DNA from: Acidimicrobiia bacterium
Lineage (GTDB): Bacteria; Actinomycetota; Acidimicrobiia; Spongiisociales; ZC4RG35
Length of the DNA: 64,000 nt
Direction of reading: 5' to 3'
NCBI GenBank assembly: GCA_965203555.1
Contig: CBDBCY010000004.1
Span: 416,001 to 480,000 of the forward strand
The translations under genes were made by a program, and so were the position numbers. The notes under the pieces are model-generated. The model had not been told where the DNA came from. It worked only from the letters and a program-made list of their open reading frames with translations, and made no database searches. Positions 54,544-62,944 of this stretch are shown piece by piece (within the stretch, counting starts at the first letter, position 1; each line of letters opens with the position of its first letter).

Positions 54544-54876
54544 ATGGGCAGACCATCTGCGGATACTCTCTCCGCAGGACTCGCCGGCAACATATCAGAA
54601 GCCGAACTCCGAAAAGGGATGGGCGAGTACTCTGATCGCATTACCGACAGCGGGCCTTTCGCCTCGGGGGACACACTGTTCGCTGTGGGGCATCACACAG
54701 AAGACAGGGATGCGTGGTTTGATATCCTCACTGTCACCACGGACGACATCATGCGAGAGTGCGGCATTCCCGAGGAGGAGAGAGAGGAACAGAGATCGCT
54801 GAACCGCTCCTACGCAAGGCTTTTTCTTCGGTTCCACAACGGACCGGAAAGGACCGTCCCTCTGTTAGAGGACTGA
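54544..54876 (+). CDS. Hypothetical acidic protein ('CGIP' family, copy 1; putative antitoxin)
   Basis: TATGCT -10 box 8 nt before the ATG; C-terminus aligns with 57479..57874. Confidence 0.7.
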   Translation: MGRPSADTLSAGLAGNISEAELRKGMGEYSDRITDSGPFASGDTLFAVGHHTEDRDAWFDILTVTTDDIMRECGIPEEEREEQRSLNRSYARLFLRFHNGPERTVPLLED

Positions 54877-54895
54877 GAGCGGAAGGGGGACATTA

Positions 54896-55200
54896 GTGCC
54901 TCCCTACATGTACTGGCCATCTAAATACGCGGAGTTCGATTTCGATGAGGAGTCTGCTTCAAGAACCGCGTGTCGGGAAGCGACATCTTCTATGTTCTTT
55001 CCCTACCACCGAGAATGGTGCGTAGGTCCAGGGGCGAACCGTCGGCATACGATGTGATATACAGTGGCGGGAGGATGATCGCCCGACCGACCATAGCTGT
55101 GGGGGAACTTCCTGCGGGCCATCTTCTCGAAGTGGGGTTTCGTAGAGACTTTCGCCAACGGGGAGAGGTGTGCTACGTGTTCCACGCTCGCTATCGCTAG
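54896..55200 (+). pseudogene. BrnT/RelE-like toxin homologue (copy 1), frameshift at about 54954
   Basis: SD-like GGAAGGGGG before GTG; MPPYMYWP..DFDEES / FKNRVSGSDIFYVL...GHLLEVGFRRD...CYVFHAR. Confidence 0.5.
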
Positions 55201-55259
55201 GAAACTGCCTGGTCAAGGGGAGTTGAGTACCGACCGGGTGGTGGATGCTCCTATGTTTG

Positions 55260-56483
55260 TCAAATCCGGGTTTGGTGGGGGGTGTGGGTGGTGAGCCAGT
55301 GTTGGTATTGGGTGGCGAGTTGGTGGTTGTGGTATTGGCCTCGTTCGAGTTGTGAGAGGCGGGTTGGGTGGCTGTGGAGGGCTGTGGCGGCGCGAGCGAG
55401 GGTGATCTGGTGTTTTTGGCGTAGGCAGCGGAGATGGGGGCCGTGGGGTGTTTGGGGCGGGTCGGTCAACAGTCGGTAGACCTGGCGGGCGATGTACCGT
55501 TTCAAAGAGCGGATGATCTCTTTTCGGGTTTTTCCTTCCGCTTGTCGCCTTTGGACGTATTCGATGGTTGGTTGGTCCCAGCGCATTCGGATGGTGGCGA
55601 TGCGCCAGAGGGCGTTGTTGGCGTGGCGGTCGCCGCCGCGGTTGAGTCGGTGACGCACTATGCGTCCCGACGACGCCTGGACGGGGCTTGCGCCGCAGAG
55701 GGCGGCGAACGACGCTTCTGTGCGCATGCGGTGGGGGTTGTCACCTGCTGTGACCAGCAGAGCGGCTGCGGTGTTTGGGCCGATCCCCGCCGTGGCCAGC
55801 AGTGCCGGGTTGGCCCGGGCGCAGAGCTGTTTGATTTCGGTGTCGAGTTGTTGGATCTCCGAAGTGAGCGCCTGATGTCGGCGGGCCAGCAGGCGCAGTG
55901 TTTTCTTGGCATAGGCGACGGTGGTCTGAGCTGTGCCGGGACGATAAGCCGAGCAGACTTTCACGCGGGCTGTGGGGGACAGTCCCCCGAGTTGGTGTTT
56001 GACCTGGTCGGGAGCGGTGACCACCAGGGCGTGCAGTTGGTTGATGGCCTGGGTACGGGCCTTGGCCGCTGAACGACGAGCCACAGACAGCATCCTGATC
56101 GCTTCGACTGGTCCATTCCCGCTTTTGGGTGTCCCGGTGGCCTGCCCGCTCAGGACAGCCCGTGCCGCTGCTTGGGCGTCGGTGGCGTCGGTCTTACCCC
56201 ATCGGCGGCGCAGCTGGCGGTTGGGACGATTCACTTCCACCACCTCGACACCGATGCTCACAAGGTGGCGGGCCAGGCCGGCGCCGTAGCTGCCGGTGCC
56301 CTCTATCCCAACTTGGGCAACGTTGCCGTGTGACCCCAGCCAGGCGCCCAGCTGGCCATAACCGGCTGGGTCGGCGCTGAACGATGCCGTGCCCAACACT
56401 CGACCGGTGGCATCCACCACCGCGGCGACATGAACATCACGGTGGGTGTCCACCCCACCAAACACAACCTGATCCTCTGACAC
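55260..56483 (-). CDS. IS110 DEDD recombinase with C-terminal HTH
   Basis: GGVDTH, GIEGTG, KTDATDA (DEDD), GIGP, SPVQASSG (Tnp Ser), RLNRGGDR, RSLKRYIAR; SD GAAGGAGAGG before GTG. Confidence 0.95.
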   Translation of the reverse strand: MSEDQVVFGGVDTHRDVHVAAVVDATGRVLGTASFSADPAGYGQLGAWLGSHGNVAQVGIEGTGSYGAGLARHLVSIGVEVVEVNRPNRQLRRRWGKTDATDAQAAARAVLSGQATGTPKSGNGPVEAIRMLSVARRSAAKARTQAINQLHALVVTAPDQVKHQLGGLSPTARVKVCSAYRPGTAQTTVAYAKKTLRLLARRHQALTSEIQQLDTEIKQLCARANPALLATAGIGPNTAAALLVTAGDNPHRMRTEASFAALCGASPVQASSGRIVRHRLNRGGDRHANNALWRIATIRMRWDQPTIEYVQRRQAEGKTRKEIIRSLKRYIARQVYRLLTDPPQTPHGPHLRCLRQKHQITLARAATALHSHPTRLSQLERGQYHNHQLATQYQHWLTTHTPHQTRI

Positions 56484-56524
56484 AGCTTCCTCTCCTTCAA
56501 AGTAGAATCCGTTTCTGTTCTCCC

Positions 56525-56700
56525 TGACCCGAAAAAGCGGTTGGACGGACCACTCAAGTGGCAAAGAGCAAGGCTCCTATCAGGTCACAGCCGCCCTGTC
56601 GGGAGAGCACCGCCCCCAGGCCGGAAGCCGGCCGACAGATCCACCAAAAGGCACAACCGGCCAGGTTAGGTTCGAGTCAGACCCGCCCCGGCCTAGGGGC
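56525..56700 (-). ncRNA. Predicted IS110 bridge RNA (target-binding loop followed by donor-binding loop)
   Basis: Four segments matching left flank, right flank, right end and left end in the expected order, enclosed by GC-rich stems; boundaries approximate. Confidence 0.8.
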
Positions 56701-56779
56701 ACCTATAAGTATGAGTGGGTTAGGTTGACTGTTTTGCCCGGTTCTGTGGTCACCGGTGGAGGTTCCCACCCCCCTGACA

Positions 56780-57036
56780 TACACGACACGCAAAAGGAAG
56801 GGGGTTCTTTGTTCACGACACCTTTCGTCGCTTTGCCACCTGTGGCGTTCAGCAAGAGGCCTCATCACCGCTGAGCGGTAGATACGTTCGACCACAGCGA
56901 ACTCGGTGAACGAGTGTCCGTCGGAGGTCCACCCGAACAGGTCCCGGTTCTTGATCTGAGCGACCGCCCTTGCAAATAGGTCTCGCTCCGGACCCTCGGG
57001 AGCGTCACTGATCGCCCTGGCAAGTCCGTGAAAGTC
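56780..57036 (-). pseudogene. Unidentified coding fragment without a start codon
   Basis: Open frame DFHGLARAISDAPEGPERDLFARAVAQIKNRDLFGW...VVERIYRS looks protein-like. Confidence 0.3.
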
Positions 57037-57478
57037 ACAGTTGTTTACGTCCTCTGCGTCTCCGGCGGCCTGCGCTGGGTTTGCTCATAGCGTGGAACAC
57101 GATGCACCGCGGAAGGACTCGACTCTCTCTTCGGCATTTCTCTTGCCACTTCTCGCTCAAATCCTGCCGTAAAGCGATTTCGATCAAGGAGTTCTCGTTC
57201 TTCAACACCATGGCGTATGTGGCGAATGTTTGGTAGAAGTCGTCAGCGTCCGGGTCTGGGTCGTCGGCGTTGAATGCGACAGTATCTCGCGGGTCTTGTT
57301 CCATGACCCACCTAATTTCGTTCTCTGTAATGCCCCACCAACGCGCGGTGGGCAAAATGTCCAGCCTGACGGTTTCCGGATGAGGCCAGAAAAGGCCCTG
57401 ATAGTGAACTACCGGTCGAGGATCGTCATAGCAAGATACGGATCTTCCACGATACTGACCGTGTTGAGAAGTAAAGCG
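57035..57478 (-). pseudogene. BrnT/RelE-like toxin homologue (copy 2); native start missing or atypical
   Basis: GLFWPHPETVRLDILPTARWWGITENEIRWVM...LIEIALRQD...CIVFHAM; in frame with the upstream ORF across its TAA; first standard start is TTG at 57355. Confidence 0.5.
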
Positions 57479-57874
57479 TTATTCGTCTAAAAGGGGAATG
57501 TGATTAGGGACGTCATGCTTGTCCCAGTGCAGAATCCTTCCCAGCAGGTAGGTCCGGTAGCAGTCAAGGGCTGCTTCTCTCTGATGGTCGGGAATTCCGC
57601 ACATCTCCACCAGTTCATCCTCAGAGACAACAAACAGATCAACTGTGACAAGGTCGCCGGTTTCGCGATGGGGAATCCCCAACAACCCACTGGGCGGATT
57701 CTTAGCGACGATGTCCCTGTAATAATCGAAACCAGGGGGGTAAAACCGCGAGTCTGTTTCTGTATCGGCCTCTTGGATTCCCGGCGATTCGTCGGTTACC
57801 GAAGGACTGGCAGGCAACCAGCCGCCCCCCGCACTTCTCCCAGTCACGGTGCCGCTACGGTGTTCCAAAGCCAT
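57479..57874 (-). CDS. Hypothetical acidic protein ('CGIP' family, copy 2; putative antitoxin)
   Basis: Perfect TATAAT (57883-57888, minus strand) 8 nt before the ATG; C-terminus aligns with 54544..54876. Confidence 0.72.
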   Translation of the reverse strand: MALEHRSGTVTGRSAGGGWLPASPSVTDESPGIQEADTETDSRFYPPGFDYYRDIVAKNPPSGLLGIPHRETGDLVTVDLFVVSEDELVEMCGIPDHQREAALDCYRTYLLGRILHWDKHDVPNHIPLLDE

Positions 57875-58133
57875 CGGTTCCCATTATAAGCCGGGACTGC
57901 ATTGGCGAAGCCCGCTCCATCCGCACGGAAGGATCCCCCGCACACCACCCGAGCGATGACCTCTCCTTTTCCCAGTCGCCGAAGTGCCAGATGTGCGGTG
58001 CCCTCCACTGCGCCCCCACCGTGGCGGGGTTCCACACACCCCTGGTCGCCCGTCACCGTGGGCGCCGAACCGGGAAGGTCGGGCCAGATGGGAGGCTCGC
58101 CCGAGGTGGCGGCGCTCAGCTTGTCGGAGTGAC

Positions 58134-58490
58134 GAAGAGGTTCTCGATCTGACGAATTGGCACGAGTCCTCAAGTGTTTACTGCATGCCGGATTCCGCCG
58201 ACGCCGGATGTTGACATCACAGACAGCCCTCATCTACACCTACGTCCTATGGCTGATCGGCAAAAGAGACTTCGGAATCGGTATCAAGACCCTACGCGAC
58301 GTCGTGGCACGGTGGTTCTTCATGTCCCACACGACCGGACGCTATACAAGCTCTCCCGAGAGCCGGATCGAATACGACCTGGCCCGCATCAATGACTTGA
58401 AGCCGGGGGACGGGAAAGCCTTCTGCGCCGAGTTGGATCGCATTGTCCGGTCGACCTTCACCGGTGACTACTGGGCAATATCGCAACTCG
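58134..58490 (+). pseudogene. Internal fragment of a DUF262/GmrSD-type restriction protein
   Basis: VLDLTNWHE / LKCLLHAGFR...ARWFFMSHTTGRYTSSPESRIEYDL...FTGDYWAI; frameshifted, no N-terminus. Confidence 0.6.
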
Positions 58491-58504
58491 TGCCGACTTC
58501 CTCG

Positions 58505-58566
58505 TTGTCCCATAAGATATATTACGGGTAACCGGCGGTTGTCCCATAATAACCGTTATGTTAAGT
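58505..58566 (+). other. dif-like XerCD site (58539-58566) preceded by a variant copy (58505-58532)
   Basis: TTGTCCCATAA-TAACCG-TTATGTTAAGT (11-6-11); upstream TTGTCCCATAA-GATATA-TTACGGGTAAC. Confidence 0.75.
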
Positions 58567-58648
58567 TGCTCAAACTGCCCGTCTATGGCAAACGAGGTAG
58601 GAGGTAGGATGGGCAGACCGACGACGATCGAACCGAGGCGCCCCTTTC

Positions 58649-59398
58649 ATGCCACCCCAGACAACACCCCCGAGTCACATCGCGCTACTGGTCGACGGCG
58701 ACAATGCGCAGCCTTCTCTAATCGAGCCCATATTGACCGAGGTGGCAAAGCACGGCAGTATCAACACCAGGCGCATCTATGGAGACTGGACAACACCGCA
58801 AATGTCCGGGTGGAAAGAAGTGCTGCAAACCTACGCCATCCAACCTATTCAACAGTTCCGGTTTACGGTGGGAAAGAACGCCACCGATAGCGCCTTGATA
58901 ATCGATGCCATGGATCTGCTGCATGCCGGCACGGTGGATGGATTCTGCATAGTGTCCAGCGACAGCGACTACACCAGGTTGGCTACTCGCATACGCGAAG
59001 AGGGACTCTTTGTGATGGGAATAGGCCGCATGCAAACCCCCAGCTCCCTGGTTAACGCCTGTGAAGTGTTTGTCTACACCGAGAATCTCACTTCGTCGGA
59101 GCAAGAACCAGAAGAGCGGGCCACATCCTCACAACCCTCGAAGTGGATCACTACGGTGGGGCTCGCCCTGGAGACAGCCATAGAGACAGGTGTAGATGAA
59201 GACGGCTGGGTGATCCTCAGTATTGTCGGCAGCCAGATCCGCAAACTGGACCCCGCATTCGATCCCCGGACCTACGGATACTCACGCTTGTCGCTCCTCG
59301 TCAAGTCGGAACCCGACAGATTCGAAACCAGCAAAAGGGAGATCCGCGGTCACAAACAACTCTACATAAGAAAGTCGCAGAAAAGAGGCAGACGGTAG
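58649..59398 (+). CDS. NYN (LabA/DUF88) domain protein with C-terminal OST-HTH/LOTUS
   Basis: ALLVDGDN, RIYGDW, GKNATDSALIIDAMDLL, VSSDSDY, FDPRTYGYSRLS. Confidence 0.93.
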   Translation: MPPQTTPPSHIALLVDGDNAQPSLIEPILTEVAKHGSINTRRIYGDWTTPQMSGWKEVLQTYAIQPIQQFRFTVGKNATDSALIIDAMDLLHAGTVDGFCIVSSDSDYTRLATRIREEGLFVMGIGRMQTPSSLVNACEVFVYTENLTSSEQEPEERATSSQPSKWITTVGLALETAIETGVDEDGWVILSIVGSQIRKLDPAFDPRTYGYSRLSLLVKSEPDRFETSKREIRGHKQLYIRKSQKRGRR

Positions 59399-59578
59399 AA
59401 GTCCTGTCCCGGGGGGTCGGAATCCAGCAGACGTGACAACACCAAGGGGCATGCTCGCAGTAATCTGCACCGCCCCGTCCTTCACCGCCGACCCTCTCCT
59501 AACCTCCACCGCCTCGCTTTCCTCCTCCAAACTGATCCGGATCCCCCGAAACCGAGGCTCTGCAAAGTCAGGGATCTG

Positions 59579-61222
59579 CTAGGCCGACTCGACTTCGGCG
59601 GCGGTTTCCAGGCCGAGTTCTCCGACCGATATCTCGCGCATCTCCACCTTGCGGACCTTGCCGGTGACGGTCATCGGGAAACCGTCGACAAACTTCACGT
59701 AATGCGGGACCTTGAAATGGGCGATGCGGCCCCGGCAGAAGTCCTTGATCTCCTCCTCGGTGGCTTCGGCGCCTTCCCGCAGTTTGATCCAGGCCATTAC
59801 CTGCTCGCCGTACTTGATGTCGGGTACACCGATTACCTGGACATCCTCGATGGCCGGGTGCCCGTACAGGTATTCCTCGATCTCCCGCGGATAGATATTC
59901 TCGCCTCCCCGGATGATCATGTCCTTGATCCGCCCGACGATGTTCACGTAGCCCTCGAAGTCCATCGTGGCCAGGTCGCCGGTGTGCATCCAGCCCTCGG
60001 CGTCGATCGCATCGGCGGTCCTCTCCGCATCCTTCCAGTAGCCCAGCATGACCGAATAGCCGCGGGTGCACAGTTCGCCGTCCCTCCCCCGCTCCACTGT
60101 CCTGCCGCTGCGGGGATCGATGATCTTGATCTCGACGTGGGGGTGGACGCGGCCGACGGTGGAGACCCGCCTCTCGATGTCGTCCGTGGTCATCGTCTGG
60201 GTTGACACCGGGGATGTCTCGGTCATCCCGTAGGCGATGGTCACTTCTGTCATGTTCATGTCCGAGATGACCTGCTTCATGACCTCCACCGGGCACGGTG
60301 AGCCGGCCATGATCCCGGTGCGAAGAGACGACAGATTGAAGGATTTCAGATCGGGATGGGCAAGCTCGGCGATGAACATGGTGGGCACCCCGTAGAGGCT
60401 CGTGCACCTCTCCCCCTGCACCGCGGTGAGCACCTCCTCCGGATCGAATCCCGGGCCCGGAAGGATGATCGCCGACCCATGGGTGGTGCACGCCAGGGTG
60501 CCCAGCACCATACCGAAGCAGTGGTATAGAGGGACCGGGATGCACACTCGATCCTCTTCGGTGTAGGCGCACGCCTCACCGATGAAGAACGCATTGTTCA
60601 GTATGTTGGAGTGGCTGAGAGTGGCGCCTTTGGGGAACCCCGTGGTACCGGAGGTGTACTGGATGTTGATAGCGTCGTGGTGATGCAGGCCGGCCATCCG
60701 ATCAGACAGGGCGCTTTCCATGCCGTCGTCGGCAGGTTCCATCAGGGCATCCCACTGAGGCGTGCCAAGGAAGATCACCCGCTCAAGACCGCCCAGTTCG
60801 TCCCGGACCTCCGAGACCATGGACCGGTAGTCCGAGGACAGGTGTTTCTGAGCCGAGACCAGTACCCGGCAGCCCGACTGCGCCAGCACATAGCGCACCT
60901 CGTGGGTCCGGTAAGCGGGGTTGATGTTCACCAGGATCACACCGACCTTGGCGGTGGCGTACTGGAGCCACACCCACTCCGCGCAGTTCGGACTCCAGAT
61001 TCCTACCCGGTCACCCACCTGCAGGCCGAGACGGAGCAAACCCATCGCCAACCGGTCGACCGATTCGTCGAAGGCTCTATAGCTCTGGCGAATTCCCTGG
61101 TGCATCGAGACCAGGGCGTCCCTGTCCGGGAACCGGGCGACCATCGACTGGAGGTTCTGACCGATGGTCTCCTGCAATAGGGGTGTCTTTGTGTCACCAC
61201 TTGCGTACGCTAAGGTCGGCAT
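59579..61222 (-). CDS. AMP-binding acyl-CoA synthetase (ACSF2/YngI-like)
   Basis: [46 protein letters not shown]. Confidence 0.94.
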   Translation of the reverse strand: MPTLAYASGDTKTPLLQETIGQNLQSMVARFPDRDALVSMHQGIRQSYRAFDESVDRLAMGLLRLGLQVGDRVGIWSPNCAEWVWLQYATAKVGVILVNINPAYRTHEVRYVLAQSGCRVLVSAQKHLSSDYRSMVSEVRDELGGLERVIFLGTPQWDALMEPADDGMESALSDRMAGLHHHDAINIQYTSGTTGFPKGATLSHSNILNNAFFIGEACAYTEEDRVCIPVPLYHCFGMVLGTLACTTHGSAIILPGPGFDPEEVLTAVQGERCTSLYGVPTMFIAELAHPDLKSFNLSSLRTGIMAGSPCPVEVMKQVISDMNMTEVTIAYGMTETSPVSTQTMTTDDIERRVSTVGRVHPHVEIKIIDPRSGRTVERGRDGELCTRGYSVMLGYWKDAERTADAIDAEGWMHTGDLATMDFEGYVNIVGRIKDMIIRGGENIYPREIEEYLYGHPAIEDVQVIGVPDIKYGEQVMAWIKLREGAEATEEEIKDFCRGRIAHFKVPHYVKFVDGFPMTVTGKVRKVEMREISVGELGLETAAEVESA

Positions 61223-61312
61223 GTCGCTCTCCCGATCCGATGACCTCTCAGGGCACTATATCAGCATGTGGAGAACAGTACATACCACGTTCGTCTTAAG
61301 CTCCCGGTGTCA

Positions 61313-62668
61313 ATGGTGAAAGAACGCGATCAGTCGGAAGGCGAGGAAGAGAAACCCTCACCCCACCCTCCGGGCCGACACCGCCTGGACCACGGTTGGA
61401 AGGCCTGGGGCGCCCACGTCGGCCTGCGGACCGTACTGGCGTTCGTGGTGGCGGCGGCGATCGCAACCGGCGTTGGTTTCACAACCCTTTGGCCGACCGG
61501 AGAGGGAATCGCCACGGCGACTGCCAGCGCGGATGAGATCGGACTGGCCACCGCCCGGCTCAGGGCCACCGTGCAGCAGATCCGCGATGGTCCATGCAGC
61601 TACTCGACTGTCGACAGCCCCTATAACTGCCGCCAGGTAACGGTCGTGCTCGACGAGGGCCCAAACCTGGGATCGGTGATAGCTCTACCCGAGTTCGACC
61701 TTGCATTCACAGCCACCGCGCCGCAGTTGGTGATCGGTCAGAAAGTGATCCTCGGCTACGAGGAGTCCACCGACTTCTACTTTTACGCCGATGCCGACCG
61801 GCGCGCGCCCCTTGCGTGGCTCACCGCGTTGTTCGCCCTGTTTGTGATCGCTCTGGGACGGCGACGTGGAGTGCTGGCGCTACTGGGTATGGCCGGCACG
61901 CTGGTGGTGCTGGTTGCATTCATGGCGCCATCGGTCCTCGATGGAAACGATCCGCTGCTGGTAGCGGTAGTGGCCGCGTCGGCAATTGCCTTCGTCAGCC
62001 TCTACCTCGTGCACGGATTCAACTCGATCACAACCGTGGCCCTGGCCGGAACCCTGTCATCGCTGGGGTTGACACTGGCGCTGTCGTGGGCCTTTTTCGA
62101 GTTCGCCCACTTCACCGGACTGGCCAGCGAGGAGGCCCTCACTCTTCCCTTCCTTTTCGGAGGTCTGGATGTCGCCTCGTTGATCCTGGGAGGCGCCGTC
62201 ATAGGCGCCCTTGGCGCGCTGGACGACATCACGGTGACACAGGCCGCTGTGGTAGCTGAACTCCGCTATCGCAACCCCGCTCTCAGCATTCGCCAGTTGG
62301 TTACATCCGGAATTCGGGTCGGCCGAGAGCATATCGCTTCCACGGTCAACACCCTCCTGTTGGCCTACGTAGGCGCCAGCATTCCCATCCTGATGTTATT
62401 GGCAGTGTCCAGCCAATCCCTGGTGATGGTGGCAAACTCCGAACTGATCGCGGTGGAGATCGTTCGTACCCTGTGCGGATCAATCGGCTTGGTGGCGGCC
62501 GTACCGATCACCACCATCCTCGCTGCCCTGGTCGTGGTAAGTCCCAGTCAGGGTTACCCGACGCACAGGGATCGTCTACCCCTGGCGACTGAACCCCGCT
62601 CACCCGCCCACAGCAGACCTAACAGTTCTCCGGATCAGCACCCCCGAGATCTTCCCATCGACCTTTAG
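61313..62668 (+). CDS. YibE/F family membrane protein
   Basis: DADRRAPL, GALGALDDITVTQ, HIASTVNTL.LAY.GAS, EIVRTLCGSIGL. Confidence 0.92.
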   Translation: MVKERDQSEGEEEKPSPHPPGRHRLDHGWKAWGAHVGLRTVLAFVVAAAIATGVGFTTLWPTGEGIATATASADEIGLATARLRATVQQIRDGPCSYSTVDSPYNCRQVTVVLDEGPNLGSVIALPEFDLAFTATAPQLVIGQKVILGYEESTDFYFYADADRRAPLAWLTALFALFVIALGRRRGVLALLGMAGTLVVLVAFMAPSVLDGNDPLLVAVVAASAIAFVSLYLVHGFNSITTVALAGTLSSLGLTLALSWAFFEFAHFTGLASEEALTLPFLFGGLDVASLILGGAVIGALGALDDITVTQAAVVAELRYRNPALSIRQLVTSGIRVGREHIASTVNTLLLAYVGASIPILMLLAVSSQSLVMVANSELIAVEIVRTLCGSIGLVAAVPITTILAALVVVSPSQGYPTHRDRLPLATEPRSPAHSRPNSSPDQHPRDLPIDL

Positions 62669-62944
62669 ACAGGTCCATGCACTAACCTCGCTGGATCCGC
62701 TGTCCAAGTGTTGCCCTCAACCTAGGGTTCGACCGGAATACCCCCACGACCAGGGCATCTGCGGCAGTCAAGCAGACAGATTCACTGTCACCGGCCCCTT
62801 CGGTGTAGCTGCCTGAAAGTTCAAGATATAGCCGGGTTGGCCACCCGCCACCACCCCCGTCCAAGCAGCAATCCTTGCCTTCCCTCACCTTCCAGCCATG
62901 GGTTGGAAAGGCTATGGATATTCTTGAGTCCCGCTCAATGCCTT

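Larger units (their letters stand above)
55241..56719 (-). mobile_element. IS110-family insertion sequence (complete; ends approximate to within 2-3 nt)
   Basis: Transposase, 5' non-coding region, no TIRs, shared CCAC at both junctions, TTGACA at the right end and CATACT at the left end. Confidence 0.9.

Noticed and set aside
57479-57481. Selenocysteine/pyrrolysine recoding of the in-frame stop
   Set aside because: The codon is TAA, and the paralogous copy also ends at the equivalent position
57890-58130. Short overlapping ORFs between the CGIP module and the GmrSD fragment
   Set aside because: No frame gives a recognisable protein
62670-62944. Possible ncRNA or tRNA-like substrate downstream of rtcB
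   Set aside because: Only a short hairpin (TTCCAGCC-ATG-GGTTGGAA); no cloverleaf or T-loop
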